NCBI RefSeq assembly: GCF_964204645.1
Contig: NC_134025.1
Coordinates: forward strand, 24,842,299 to 24,906,298
Reading direction: 5' to 3'
Length of the DNA stretch: 64,000 nucleotides
Origin: Tubulanus polymorphus
Taxonomy: Eukaryota > Animalia > Nemertea
Position 1 is the stretch's first letter. Each line of letters starts with the position of its first letter. Shown here piece by piece: positions 27,418 through 38,967 of this stretch. A program made the translations under genes and the position numbers. Below the pieces are notes generated by a model. The model saw only the letters and a program-made list of their open reading frames with translations. It was not told the origin of the DNA and made no database searches.

Positions 27418-28550
27418 ATTGTTTGAATTTGCAAGTCTCATTTAACATCTTGAAGTGCTTTATATACTATTTTTGAATAGTTTGCATCACTGCATTTAGC
27501 CATTAGTGCTGTATTTTTTATTAATCTTTCAATAATGCTCAAATTTGAGCTACAGAGACAAAAAAGAGGTTGATGTAACGATAGCTCCATCTGTGATTTC
27601 AGTGTTCTTGTATTTGTACAAAACGTGTTTACTTAGAAAATTGAATGTATTGTATCAAATATGTTTAGTTACTAAGAAATTTAAATGAATTGTATTGAAT
27701 GTTTAGTTACTTAGTTTATTTGATTGAATTGTGTAAAATGTATTTATTTAATGGTCCTGGTATATTTAGTAACTTAGGAATAAGAAAGTTACCTGGTACT
27801 TAGAAATTTGAATGAATTTTCACTATGAATGTATTTGGCATAATCATGCTCATATTGTAAATATTTTTTATTTTTACCAGTTTGCTTCACGTTTGGAATA
27901 TGATAATGGATTATTGCAATTACCTTTATAATATATTTTCAACATTTCTTGTACATCAAGCCATGAATAATAAAAACTTAAGTAAATTATATTGAATTGT
28001 GTTTTCAATTGTTGGGTTGGTCATGTCGACATTCTGATTATTGCAGGGTTAATTTTTTATGATCTAAGGGGCACTTCATTTTGCATGAATAATGGACTTT
28101 GGAGAACTAAGAAAACAGGATCACAAGAAAGTTGTCTATCACTATTTGGTTTGTTTTATCTTGCTTTACGCCATTCGGATCTTGGTTTCCTTATTGGATT
28201 GTTCATTAAACATAGCAGGGAGGTGGCCTTTAAAGTGTTGCCCGCGCACTAGGTAGCCAACTGGACTGAACCCACTAGTCTCTTGGCACTGGTAGTGAAT
28301 CCAACAGTATCAGTGAGCTACCAAGTAAGTTATAGGTAACAAAACAAAAAGCGATTTCATTCATCATTTTACATATGGATTTATCTTTATTTACACAAGA
28401 TTTCATTAAATAATATTTACATTTAAAGTAACAGAAAGAGTAACGAATCGATGCAATGGATTTACGCCAAGGACTTGTGAAGAAGGCACACATGCATTGT
28501 TTTGCATACAGATTCTTAACACTCGGCTATTTCACCATAAACTATCTTCC

Positions 28551-30910
28551 CTATATCTTTTGAATCTGTATCTGGAATTTACCTACAAAAATTAAGACAT
28601 AAATTAAAAATAATATATATATACCCTACCAATAACAGAGGGAAAAGAAGTTATTTCTCTAAAGAAATCACTCAATTTTATTGTACCATATGAAAAAATT
28701 TAGTTCTGTTTCTATAGTCGAGTTAGATGTTTTATTTGATGTTTTTGAAAATATTTGTTATTTGAAAATTAATATAATTCCTTCTAAATCAATATATTTT
28801 CTCAAAAGAAGAACAAAATCTTTTAAAATGCAAAAAATCATCGCCCGGTATGGGACTCGAACCCAGGACCCTCAGGTTAAAAGCCTGATGCTCTACCGAC
28901 TGAGCTAACCGGGCTCATAGTGAAGCGTCATTGATAGTTATCAATAGCGTTGACGTCAGGGTTAAGCGACACATGTTGGCAAAGTGTCAAGTATACATAA
29001 TCCATAAGTACAATCCACAATACAAGCCACATCCACAATACAAGTCACTAGAGTGGGCAAATGACTGCCATACAAAGACTCTAAAATGAATTCCATGGTT
29101 CAAGCATTTATTCCCAAGTCTTCGAAAGGAGGTTTGATTAATCATAGGATGGTGAAATTTTTGGTTAAGTTACTGAAATAATGGTCAACATGACACTCAT
29201 TCTGATAAGGCCCAAAATAGTTTTTATTCTAGGGTATTTTTTCATATCTCAATCGTATTTCTGTTTATGACTAATAAACAACGTGCATGTCACTTAAATA
29301 AACATAATTTGAAATCTTGAAAACAAAACTTATTTATAGGTATAATATTCAGCTTCTGTTCATGATGGTAAATCTATTTCATTGTGTAGGGACAAATCCA
29401 TCAATATCATTTCATATTCTGCTAAATTATTTTCTTGAAGAGATATAATCTAAAACTTACAAGCAGGCATGGTCGTCACATCTGCAGTCACCACACAATG
29501 TATTCCAAGATTAGCTAGTGCCCCACGTATTAAACCACATGGAAAAGCCAAATACTGAAAAATTATGAAAATTTCATTATACATGGTTCGTTAAGCATAT
29601 AACCCTCACTGGATACATGGATCTTTAAAATGTACCTTTGGTGCCATTTCCAAATATTGTTTTCCATTTGATATTTGAGTAAGTAATCTAAATTTGTTAT
29701 CTTGTAATACATAAACACCCTAGAAACAGTAAAAGAAAGTCATTACACCAACTTGCAACAGAAACAACAAGCCTTATATTCAAATAGAATAGGTAGGTAG
29801 AATCACCTGATGGTTTGTTCTTAAATTATCAATTTGTTTCTTATAAAGGGCAGTCCAGAAGTCTTTACATATAAATTTCATAGTATCGAGTTCATCTTTA
29901 TATCTGGGACAATCCTTAGTAAATCTGTGCACAGAAAAGATATAATATTAATGTCAGTGAAGTTGAATAGCTAATAGTTAATTCATTATCATCAGCAAAC
30001 ACTTTGGGGAATCTAATTTTTCTATTTACCTTTCGACAAGTCTTTGTCCGACTTGATAGCCCATAGATTCAAGTTTCGAAATGTACACATCCTATTAAGG
30101 GAAAAGTACATGAATTACAAAACTAAACCTAATAACACCATAAGTTCAAAACTTAAGCCCTTTAGGCTCTTTTAGATCACTCCAGCTCTGGGAATTCTGG
30201 GAAAAACATAATTTAGTTAAAATCATGCGGTCTCAATTATTGATCTAGTTATTTATTTTTCTGCAATCCTTCCAACCCAAACCCAATATGGGAAAAACTT
30301 GAAAAAAAAATAGTTTTTTCATTTCTATTCACTGTTCTTTCCTTCCCTATTAAAATGCTGGCATGGAAAACATTTCTTTTTATTCATTATTTTTTCCCAT
30401 CACCTTTCCATTTTTTTTGGAAAACATCTATCCTAATAAATGGGCGTCCATGATGCCCACTTGGCAGTTTGAAACCAATTAGGCTAACAGATTAGCAGAT
30501 TATCGATTTTACATAAATCTATTACTTTGATACGGAGCCCCTGTGGTTGAAACATATCACTCTTTAAGTACTCTTCATGTAAGAGAGGGCCTATCCTGTT
30601 TGACAATTTAATTTATCTTAAGAAATTAATGGTACAAAATAATAATTAACTTTATTCAAATACGGTACACACCGCATATACGTACTGTCAAACCGTATCC
30701 TACTGTCTGTCAGGTGCTGCCACCATCTCAAATACTGGTCGGTTCATACAGTATTATTTGGGGGTTCAGCGATTAAATTCACCATTGCAACAACTTATAT
30801 CGATAAATAACTAATCTACATACCTTTTCATCTTTCCGAACAGTACGTAGCACGTGTGATACTATCTCCATGTGAAGATATTCATAAATCGCATCGCTAT
30901 TTTCACCCAT
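28551..30910 (-). CDS. TRAPPC6B: Trafficking protein particle complex subunit 6 (TRAPPC6A/B ortholog, 158 aa)
   Basis: Exons 30824-30910, 30030-30091, 29807-29924, 29636-29719, 29461-29554, 28551-28582 give ...KLESMGYQVGQRLVERFTKDCPRYKDELDTMKFICKDFWTALYKKQIDNLRTNHQGVYVLQDNKFRLL...YLAFPCGLIRGALANLGI...MPACKFQIQIQKI*. Not visible in the ORF track. Confidence 0.95.
28842..28914 (-). tRNA. tRNA-Lys (anticodon TTT)
   Basis: Minus strand GCCCGGTTAGCTCAGTCGGTAGAGCATCAGGCTTTTAACCTGAGGGTCCTGGGTTCGAGTCCCATACCGGGCG: 73 nt, 7-bp acceptor stem, TCAGG/CCTGA anticodon stem, intact A and B boxes, and a T6 terminator just downstream (AAAAAA on + at 28832-28837). Confidence 0.95.
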
Positions 30911-30966
30911 TTTCCCTCTTGTTTTCGGTGGTAGGCACACTTATTCCAAGGCGCGCGACCTCGAAC

Positions 30967-30974
30967 CCGGAAGT
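30967..30974 (+). promoter_or_regulatory. ETS/GABPA-type motif CCGGAAGT in the TRAPPC6/VTI1B divergent promoter
   Basis: Exact CCGGAAGT 57 bp from the TRAPPC6 ATG. The same motif occurs at 62061-62068 (ACTTCCGG) in the WDR43/SLC29A3 divergent promoter and in WDHD1 intron 1. Motif match only. Confidence 0.45.
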
Positions 30975-30985
30975 AAATCATTTAG

Positions 30986-33900
30986 GTCTGTCTGCAGAGT
31001 TTCCAGAACCTGTCATGTCAGGGCCCAAGACCTGACATGACAGGTGGGACCTCAGGTGACAGGTCGATTCGCTAAAATGAAAATTGTTATGACTGAACCG
31101 ATGATAGGCGATTAGAAGATATGATAGGCGCGGATTTACAACAAATCATAGCCGATAAGAACACAAAGAACATATCGTAGTGCTTTCTGAATATATTATT
31201 CAAAAACAAAAAACAAACTATGATGTGTTATAAATTCATTTAAGAATTTATGTTTGTCCGTTTATAAATAGTTGTTGAACTATATCGCCTTATAATAATA
31301 AAGATGGAATGATTGTGAATTATTGGAGAACATTGAACGAATTGTTTACAATTAATTTATTTTTTTGTAACACGAAACATAAAAATATCAAGATCAGGCA
31401 AAATGATACCAGTAGTGCCTTATGTAATCATAATCAGTATTAATAACAATCATTATACTCATTAAGATTAGGCCCTATATTATTATATATTATTATTAAT
31501 TACTCGCAATATAATTAATTAACCAAGTGTACATACAATTTAAAAACATTTAGGTCCAAGCTTATAAGTTGACATAGATAAATTAGACATAACACTGATT
31601 AATTAGTGAGGCCTCACACGGCAACGCGCGCCATTTTGCAGAGCTTCGGGACCTGAGGTGACAGGTCTGCATTAAAACTGATGAAATGAAGGAAAACTTT
31701 AATTTTTATGGTCTCTTTATAGCAATGAATATAATATAAATTGCTAACCATGGATATAGTTAATCTTAAGTTACTATAAAACAATAATTTTGAAGCGAGA
31801 CCTCACACGGCAGCTCGCGCCATTTTGCAGAGCTTCTCGGGACCTGTGGTGACAGGTCTGCACTAAAACTGATGAAATGGAAAAAACTTTACTTTTTATA
31901 ACCTTTATATAGTAATAAGTATAATAAATTGCTAACCATTGATAGAGTTAATCTTAAGTTACCATAAAACAATAATTTTGAAGCGAGACCTCACACGGCA
32001 ACGCGCGCCATTTTGCAGAGGTTCTCGAGACCTGTGGTGACAGGTCTGCATTTAAACTGATGAAATGGGAAAAACTTCTCTTTTTATGGTATCTTTATAG
32101 TAATAAATATAATATAGATTGCTAACCATGGATATAGTTAATCTTAAGTTATTATAAAACAATAATTTTGAAGCGAGACCTCACACGGCAGCTCGCGCCA
32201 TTTTGCAGAGCTTCTCGGGACCTGAGGTGACAGGTCTGCATTAAAACTGATGAAATGAAGGAAAACTTTAATTTTTATGGTCTCTTTATAGTAAAGAGTA
32301 TAATATAAATTGGTAACCATGGATAGAATTAATCTTAGGTTACTATAAAAGAATAATTTTGAAGCGAGACCTCACACGGCAGTTCGTGCCATTTTGCAGA
32401 GCTTCTCGAGACCTGTGGTGACAGGTCTGCGTTAAAACTGATGAAATGTAAAAAACTTCACTTTTTATGGTATCTTTATAGTAATGAATATAATATAAAT
32501 TGCTAACCATGGATATAGGTAATCTTAAGTTACTATAAAACAATAATTATGAAGCGAGACCTCACACGGCAGCTCGCGCCATTTTGCAGAGCTTCTCGGG
32601 ACCTGTGGTGACAGGTCTGCATTAAAACTGATGAAATGAAGGAAAACTTTAATTTTTATGGTCTCTTTATAGCAATGAATATAATATAAATTGCTAACCA
32701 TGGATATAGGTAATCTTAAGTTACTATAAAACAATAATTTTGAAGCGAGACCTCACACGGCAGCTCGCGCCATTTTGCAGAGTCGTCGGGACCTGTGGTG
32801 ACAGGTCTGCATTAAAACTGATGAAATGGAAAAAACTTCACTTTTTATGGTATCTTTATAGTAATGAATATAATATAAATTGCTAACCATGGATATAGGT
32901 AATCTTAAGTTACTATAAAACAATAATTTTGAAGCGAGACCTCACACGGCAGCTCGCGCCATTTTGCAGAGCTTCAAGGGACCTGTGGTGACAGGTCTGC
33001 GTTAAAACTGATGAAATGAAGGAAAACTTTAATTTTTATGGTCTCTTTATAGTAAAGAGTATAATATAGATTGCTAAACATGGATAGAATTAATCTTAAG
33101 TTACTATAAAACAATAATTATGAAGCGAGACCTCACACGGCAGCTCGCGCCATTTTGCAGAGCTTCTCGGGACCTGTGGTGACAGGTCTGCGTTAAAACT
33201 GATGAAATGAAGGAAAACTTTAATTTTTATGGTCTCTTTATAGCAATGAATATAATATAAATTGCGAACCATGGATATAGGTAATCTTAAGTTACTATAA
33301 AACAATAATTATGAAGCGAGACCTCACACGGCAGCTCGCGCCATTTTGCAGAGCTTCTCGGGACCTGTGGTGACAGGTCTGCATTAAAACTGATGAAATG
33401 AAGGAAAACTTTAATTTTTATGGTCTCTATTATAGTAAAGAGTATAATATAGATTGCTAAACATGGACATAGTTAATCTTAAGTTACTATAAAACAATAA
33501 TTTTGAAGCGAGACCTCACACGGCAGCTCGCGCCATTTTGCAGAGTCTTCGGGACCTGTGGTGACAGGTCTGCATTAAAACTGATGAAATGAAGGAAAAC
33601 TTTAATTTTCATGGTCTCTTTATAGTAAAGAGTATAATATAGATTGCTAAACATGGATATAGTTAATCTTAAGTTACTATAAAACAATAATTATGAAGCG
33701 AGACCTCACACGGCAGCTCGCGCCATTTTGCAGAGCTTCTCGGGACCTGTGGTGACAGGTCTGCATTAAAACTGATGAAATGGAAAAAACTTCACTTTTT
33801 ATGGTATCTTTATAGTAATGAATATAATATAAATTGCTAACCATGGATATAGGTAATCTTAAGTTACTATAAAACAATAATTTTGAAGCGAGACCTCACA

Positions 33901-34783
33901 CGGCAGCTCGCGCCATTTTGCAGAGCTTCTCGGGACCTGTGGTGACAGGTCTGCATTAAAACTGATGAAATGAAGGAAAACTTTATTTTTTATGGTCTCT
34001 TTATAGTAAAGAGTATAATATAAATTGCTTACCATGGATATAGGTAATCTTAAGTTACTATAAAACAATAATTATGAAGTGAGACCTCACACGGCAGCTC
34101 GCGCCATTTTGCAGAGCTTCTCGGGACCTGAGGTGACAGGTCTGCATTAAAACTGGTATAAATTGAAAAAAAACTTCATGCTTTAAATTGATGAGTAGAT
34201 TTAAAATCAGTCTCAATAAAATCAGTTTCTATATTGCATTCGGCTCTTTTACATGTACATCATAAAGACAATGAATATAAATAGTGAGACTTCATGACTG
34301 ATGACAGTGAGGAGTGTTGCCGAACTGTGATATAGTGAGCAGATAATTTTCAGTGTCTTATTGCGGAAACGAAATATCAAGACCTCGATTCATCTGGCGA
34401 AAATATTCTCTTATAATGTGCTCTTACTTCTACATTAATTAATTCATCTACTAAATTAAAACTTATTTTTTTCCCTTAAATAAAGAAATAAGTCATAGTT
34501 TACACATAAATATTTTCTTCTTATAAATCAACCTTTCAAATGAATTATTTGTCAGAACATTTTCCTTATCGTTATTGTTGAATCATTTTCGATATTAACG
34601 ACGGGTCAGAATATTCATTCAACTCAAAATGTTCTTCCATTCGTCTAGCACGTCGATATTTCGCTGTTTCGTCAAATATTGTCATGAGTTTGGGTTTTTT
34701 CGGGACCTGACATGACAGGTCAGACCTGTCATGTCAGGTCTTGGGCCCTGACATGACAGGTTCTGGAAACTCTGCAGACAGAC
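30986..34783. mobile_element. Non-autonomous TIR (foldback-like) DNA element, 3.8 kb, carrying an internal tandem array
   Basis: Perfect 60-bp inverted repeats at 30986-31045 and 34724-34783, G...C termini, extra subterminal ACCT-containing palindromic copies, and no transposase ORF inside. Confidence 0.88.
31612..34155 (+). repeat. Tandem array of a ~190-bp unit (13 full copies plus 1 partial)
   Basis: CCTCACACGG unit starts at 31612, 31801, 31989, 32179, 32370, 32560, 32751, 32940, 33131, 33322, 33514, 33704, 33894 and 34085 (period 188-192 bp). Confidence 0.98.
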
Positions 34784-34859
34784 ATCAATCAAATTGTTAG
34801 ATACTATTTGCAACTCTCTGGATTAAAACGAACGCTAATCCCCCCAAAATACAACGAAA

Positions 34860-36764
34860 ATGTCATCGCATAAGCTCGAAGAGCTAGAAGATGATTTCAA
34901 TCTCTTGAGGAATACACTGAACCACAAAATAAATGAGAAATTACCAAACGCATCCGGAGGTGAGTTTACATTTCCGGGTTTCCCCGCCATCGCTTGCCAG
35001 AGGATGATCTGTCAAACGTCAAATAGATTTTGATGAATATATTTATTTGATATTACAGAGGAGAGAAAGAAATTATGTAGAGAAGCTGAAAATCTATTGG
35101 AAGATGCTGCATTACATGTGAGAGAAGGCCTTTATTGATGACATTTCATTTCCACTTTACCAAAAAAGTCTTTCAAATGAAAAACCGTGAAAAGCATACC
35201 GAATTGAACATATACATTTCGGATTACTGAAAAAAGATAAAAGAAGGAAATCAACAATAAGCAATGAATTGTGCAATGTCGATGTCATAAACAGTTTTGC
35301 ATTAATAGTTGCATGAAACTACCCTTGGCCCTAGTCAGTAACCTGACTGTGGTTTAGTTTCACGATCGGATATTTTCACAAACCACATATAAGCCCATCC
35401 GATTATAAAAAGCTTACCACCAACAATTAGGTAACTAACTACCTTGGCCCTACCTTAGTGAGTGACCAAATCATTGGTGGTAAGCTCCAAAATCAGATAG
35501 GTTTGTGATTTGTGATTACTGATTTATCCCCTACCTATTCTCCTGAATACCAGACAATCATGTGTTGCATGCCCTAGCTATCCTTACAATTTACTCTAAA
35601 ATCATCTCCCAACTTGATCATATTTAGAGCTTGGCCTAGCCTATAGAATGCTTGCATTGGGTGTGGAAGGGTTTGTAAATTCAAGCAATGATTACTGGTA
35701 TTTCACACAGATCCAGTCGATGGAAACAGAATTAAAGAAGGCACCAGCTGTATACAGGAACCAAATGATGAGTCGATTGCGCGGCTACAGACGAGATATT
35801 GATCAAACCTCCAGACAGTTGGTAAACATCTAACAACAGCAGAAAACAACACCCATCTTTCCGCTTTTGATGCGATAATTGTATTTGATACATTATTTTT
35901 TGTTTTTTAGCGAGAAGCAAAGAGCAACTTCGGTAGTTCTGACAGAACAAATTTATTCGGAGATAGTTCAGAAACTGATCGTTGGGAGGTATGTTCATGA
36001 GTGACAGTTCACAGTCCGATTCAGCCAACATAACCTTCTAAAAACTTGAATATATGTTAAAAAGTTGTTGACCCTTCATGTCTATACCATCCAACACAAA
36101 TATCACTCAAATTTTCCTGGTCCAAATAGATCGTAACTGAGTGGATGAATATAAATTATCTCTGCTTGATTGTTCAATCTATTCCATTCTAAGTCAGAAG
36201 AACGAAGACAACGTGCCCATTTAATGCAAGGGACTCACGCGTTGAGTCGTGCATCAGATGGAATCCGGAGAGCTCAGGTTATATCAGCTGAAACTGATCA
36301 GATAGGCGTCGATATCATCGATGAATTAGGCAATCAAAGAGAATCACTGATGCGTACGAAAGATAGGGTAGGCCTAAATGTGTGAAAATATCTCTGCCCA
36401 ATCACAATGTAGTCAGGATGAATTTCCACTGTATCGGCTAGATTCAAATTTAACTCTCTAAATGACTGTGGGACTGGGTGCTGTATTACATGTCTTGTTA
36501 CCTATAAATTTGTTTTCTCCATTTTTCAGCTCCATGAAACCGATGAAGGTTTATCTAAAAGTAGAAGAATTTTAAGAAAAATGGCCATGGGGTGAGTTGT
36601 GCGGTATAAAAAATATCCACACAATCAGTTTTATCTGTTTTCTTTCATTTCCAAATTTTTTGTTTTTCAGAATCATCACCAATAAGGTTATACTCGTCAT
36701 ATTGATAGTTTTAGAAGTAGCTATCTTAGGAGGATTAGTCTACTACAAGTGGTTCAGCAAATAA
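34860..36764 (+). CDS. VTI1B: Vesicle transport through interaction with t-SNAREs 1B (Qb-SNARE)
   Basis: Exons 34860-34959, 35059-35117, 35711-35821, 35911-35988, 36194-36367, 36530-36591, 36671-36764. SNARE motif AETDQIGVDIIDELGNQRESLMRTKDRL and C-terminal TM ITNKVILVILIVLEVAILGGLVYYKWFSK*. Confidence 0.93.
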
Positions 36765-38967
36765 ACATATCTCTACGCATCCTTCTTTTGTGATAACAAG
36801 ACAAAACTGATTGTGAACACTAATTAGATCAGTTAAACCTGATATATGACCGAATGATAAAACACATGTTCGGAACTATTTATTTTGGGACCACTGGAGA
36901 CAATTCATGAAAGCTGAAGTTGTTTGTATATGGGCTAATCAAATGAAGTTTGGTGCTAAATTGTATAAACTGGGAAAAATTGATGTTATGGAATAGTCAT
37001 TCATTTGTATAGATTTATGTAAATAAATAAATCAACAAAATCAGATATGTTCTCTTATTATTTAATGGATGGAGACATTATATTTGTCAGGGCCCAGTTT
37101 TATAGACTGTATTAACTTTAACCTGGGGACTAACTCGACAGGTGTTTTTGTTTCTTCAAGTTAACCCCTGTGAACCCGGTCTTAAAAAGCTAATCAACCC
37201 CAAATTCAAAGTGGTTGCCAGTTGAATCGATACAGTCTCATTTTGCTGAGGATTTATGGCTTATCTGGTGATCTATGGACAACTTGCGCGTATCAATAGA
37301 AATTGACCAGTCAAAACCTCTTAGTAATTCATGTTGAATGAATATAATCTTCAGGTATACATAAACCAGGAGTGGAATTGATTGCTGGATAGCAGAGTAA
37401 GTTGGATCTGCATAAAATAGTATGCAATGCTCAAAGAAGAAAAAAAAAATTCTTGGGTTTGTGTTAATGTATTTGCATAAAATATTTTCATCTTGTCATC
37501 AATTGTGACACATTAATAGGATAGATCAATACATTCAAACATTATGCTAGTATGTAAACAAATATATCTTAAACAATCTAGCTATATCTATATTCCATAC
37601 ATTATCTACCAATAGGTTACTTTTATGAACTGAAAATTTTAAGAAAATAAATACGTATAATTGACATTGTGTGGTAGATTAAATAACTGTACATACTTGA
37701 AATGAAAAGCCTGCATATAAATGATTTGCCCTCCATACACAATCAACATTAGCTTCATACTTGGCTAGTTTCAAATGGGCACGCGATGCAGAATAAATAG
37801 ATACTAAGTTTTTAGAAAATAAATGAAAAGCCATGCAAATAATTCACACTATCACCAATATCTATCCGATATCAACAACTTTCAATCAGAGCAATAACAT
37901 AGCAAATAGTTTGTTAAATAACTATGAAATATGCGCTAAAATATCGGTATTACTGCTACAATCCATTTTCCACGTCCCAAACTATGAATTTGAGAATAAT
38001 CAATTCTTGTCACTAAAACATGACGTACATGTGCTTGAGTACATGCGCATAAACTAAACAAAATATTCTTGATTTTTAGAAGAAAATGGAGTAGACCGCA
38101 TACATTCTTATGAAGACATTCTTATTTATACACACATCAGAAAAGAGATTTCTCCAAAAAATAAGTTTTTCAGATTATTTCCTCATGATCTCTTGCTTCG
38201 ATATATGTGGAGGACATACCTGGTACCTCACATACCTGGTATATGTACATCTTATCTATTCGTCATAGTTTCAAATATTAGTAGTTTAAATAAAACATCA
38301 ATTAAGACTTTGAGAACTGAGCAACAGCAGTATGTTTGTCATATCTTGCACAATATGGACATGAACTTAATTGGTTTTTATGCTTCCATGATCAAAAAGA
38401 AACAGTACCTAATAAGGTAACACAGAATAATAATAAGAGCATAGAGTAGTCCTCAAACAAAATCTAATTATGTTAACCTATCGAAATCTTTGTTATATAT
38501 TCAATTAAGCATGGAGTGCTCAAAGAGTGATACACTGCTTAAAGGTATCGATCCTGAACTTGTTTTTCAGACTTACTCCATTTCTGATCCTTAACCTAGC
38601 TCTCAACCTGGACCCAGTGAGAGCATGGTCTGTCTATGAATTTTGGATGAATCACGCACCGGGTATGAAAAGACAATACTTTAAAAATTTCATATTCAAC
38701 ATAACTAAAAGATAAATATCTATCTGCTTCGTATATCTAACTACAGTGTTGATTTTCTATCAAATAATTCGAGTAAATTTCTACAACCGGTATATCATCG
38801 GATCCCATCGAGTCATATTTCAGGTATTCAAATACCAGTATATTCCGCATTAATTTTTATATACACGTCCAAATGCAAAACAGTTGCAATGTTAAGACAT
38901 ACAGGGATTGAACATTATTATGAATTCCAACTGACACACCGTCAGCAAAAACCGTCTGAGATTTTGA

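Noticed and set aside
27625-27820. Degenerate ~40-bp AT-rich tandem repeat
   Set aside because: Only 3-4 poorly conserved copies in low-complexity 3' flanking sequence.
29349-29375. Alternative last exon of TRAPPC6
   Set aside because: Splicing here gives YLPS*, whereas exon 28551-28582 gives the conserved CKFQIQIQKI* ending.
32343-34068. Repeated 66-69 aa ORFs (MFYSNLRLPISM...)
   Set aside because: By-products of the tandem repeat; frames shift with 1-2 bp indels between units.
31612-34155. CRISPR-like array
   Set aside because: Whole 190-bp units are near-identical with no unique spacers, there are no cas genes, and the context is eukaryotic.
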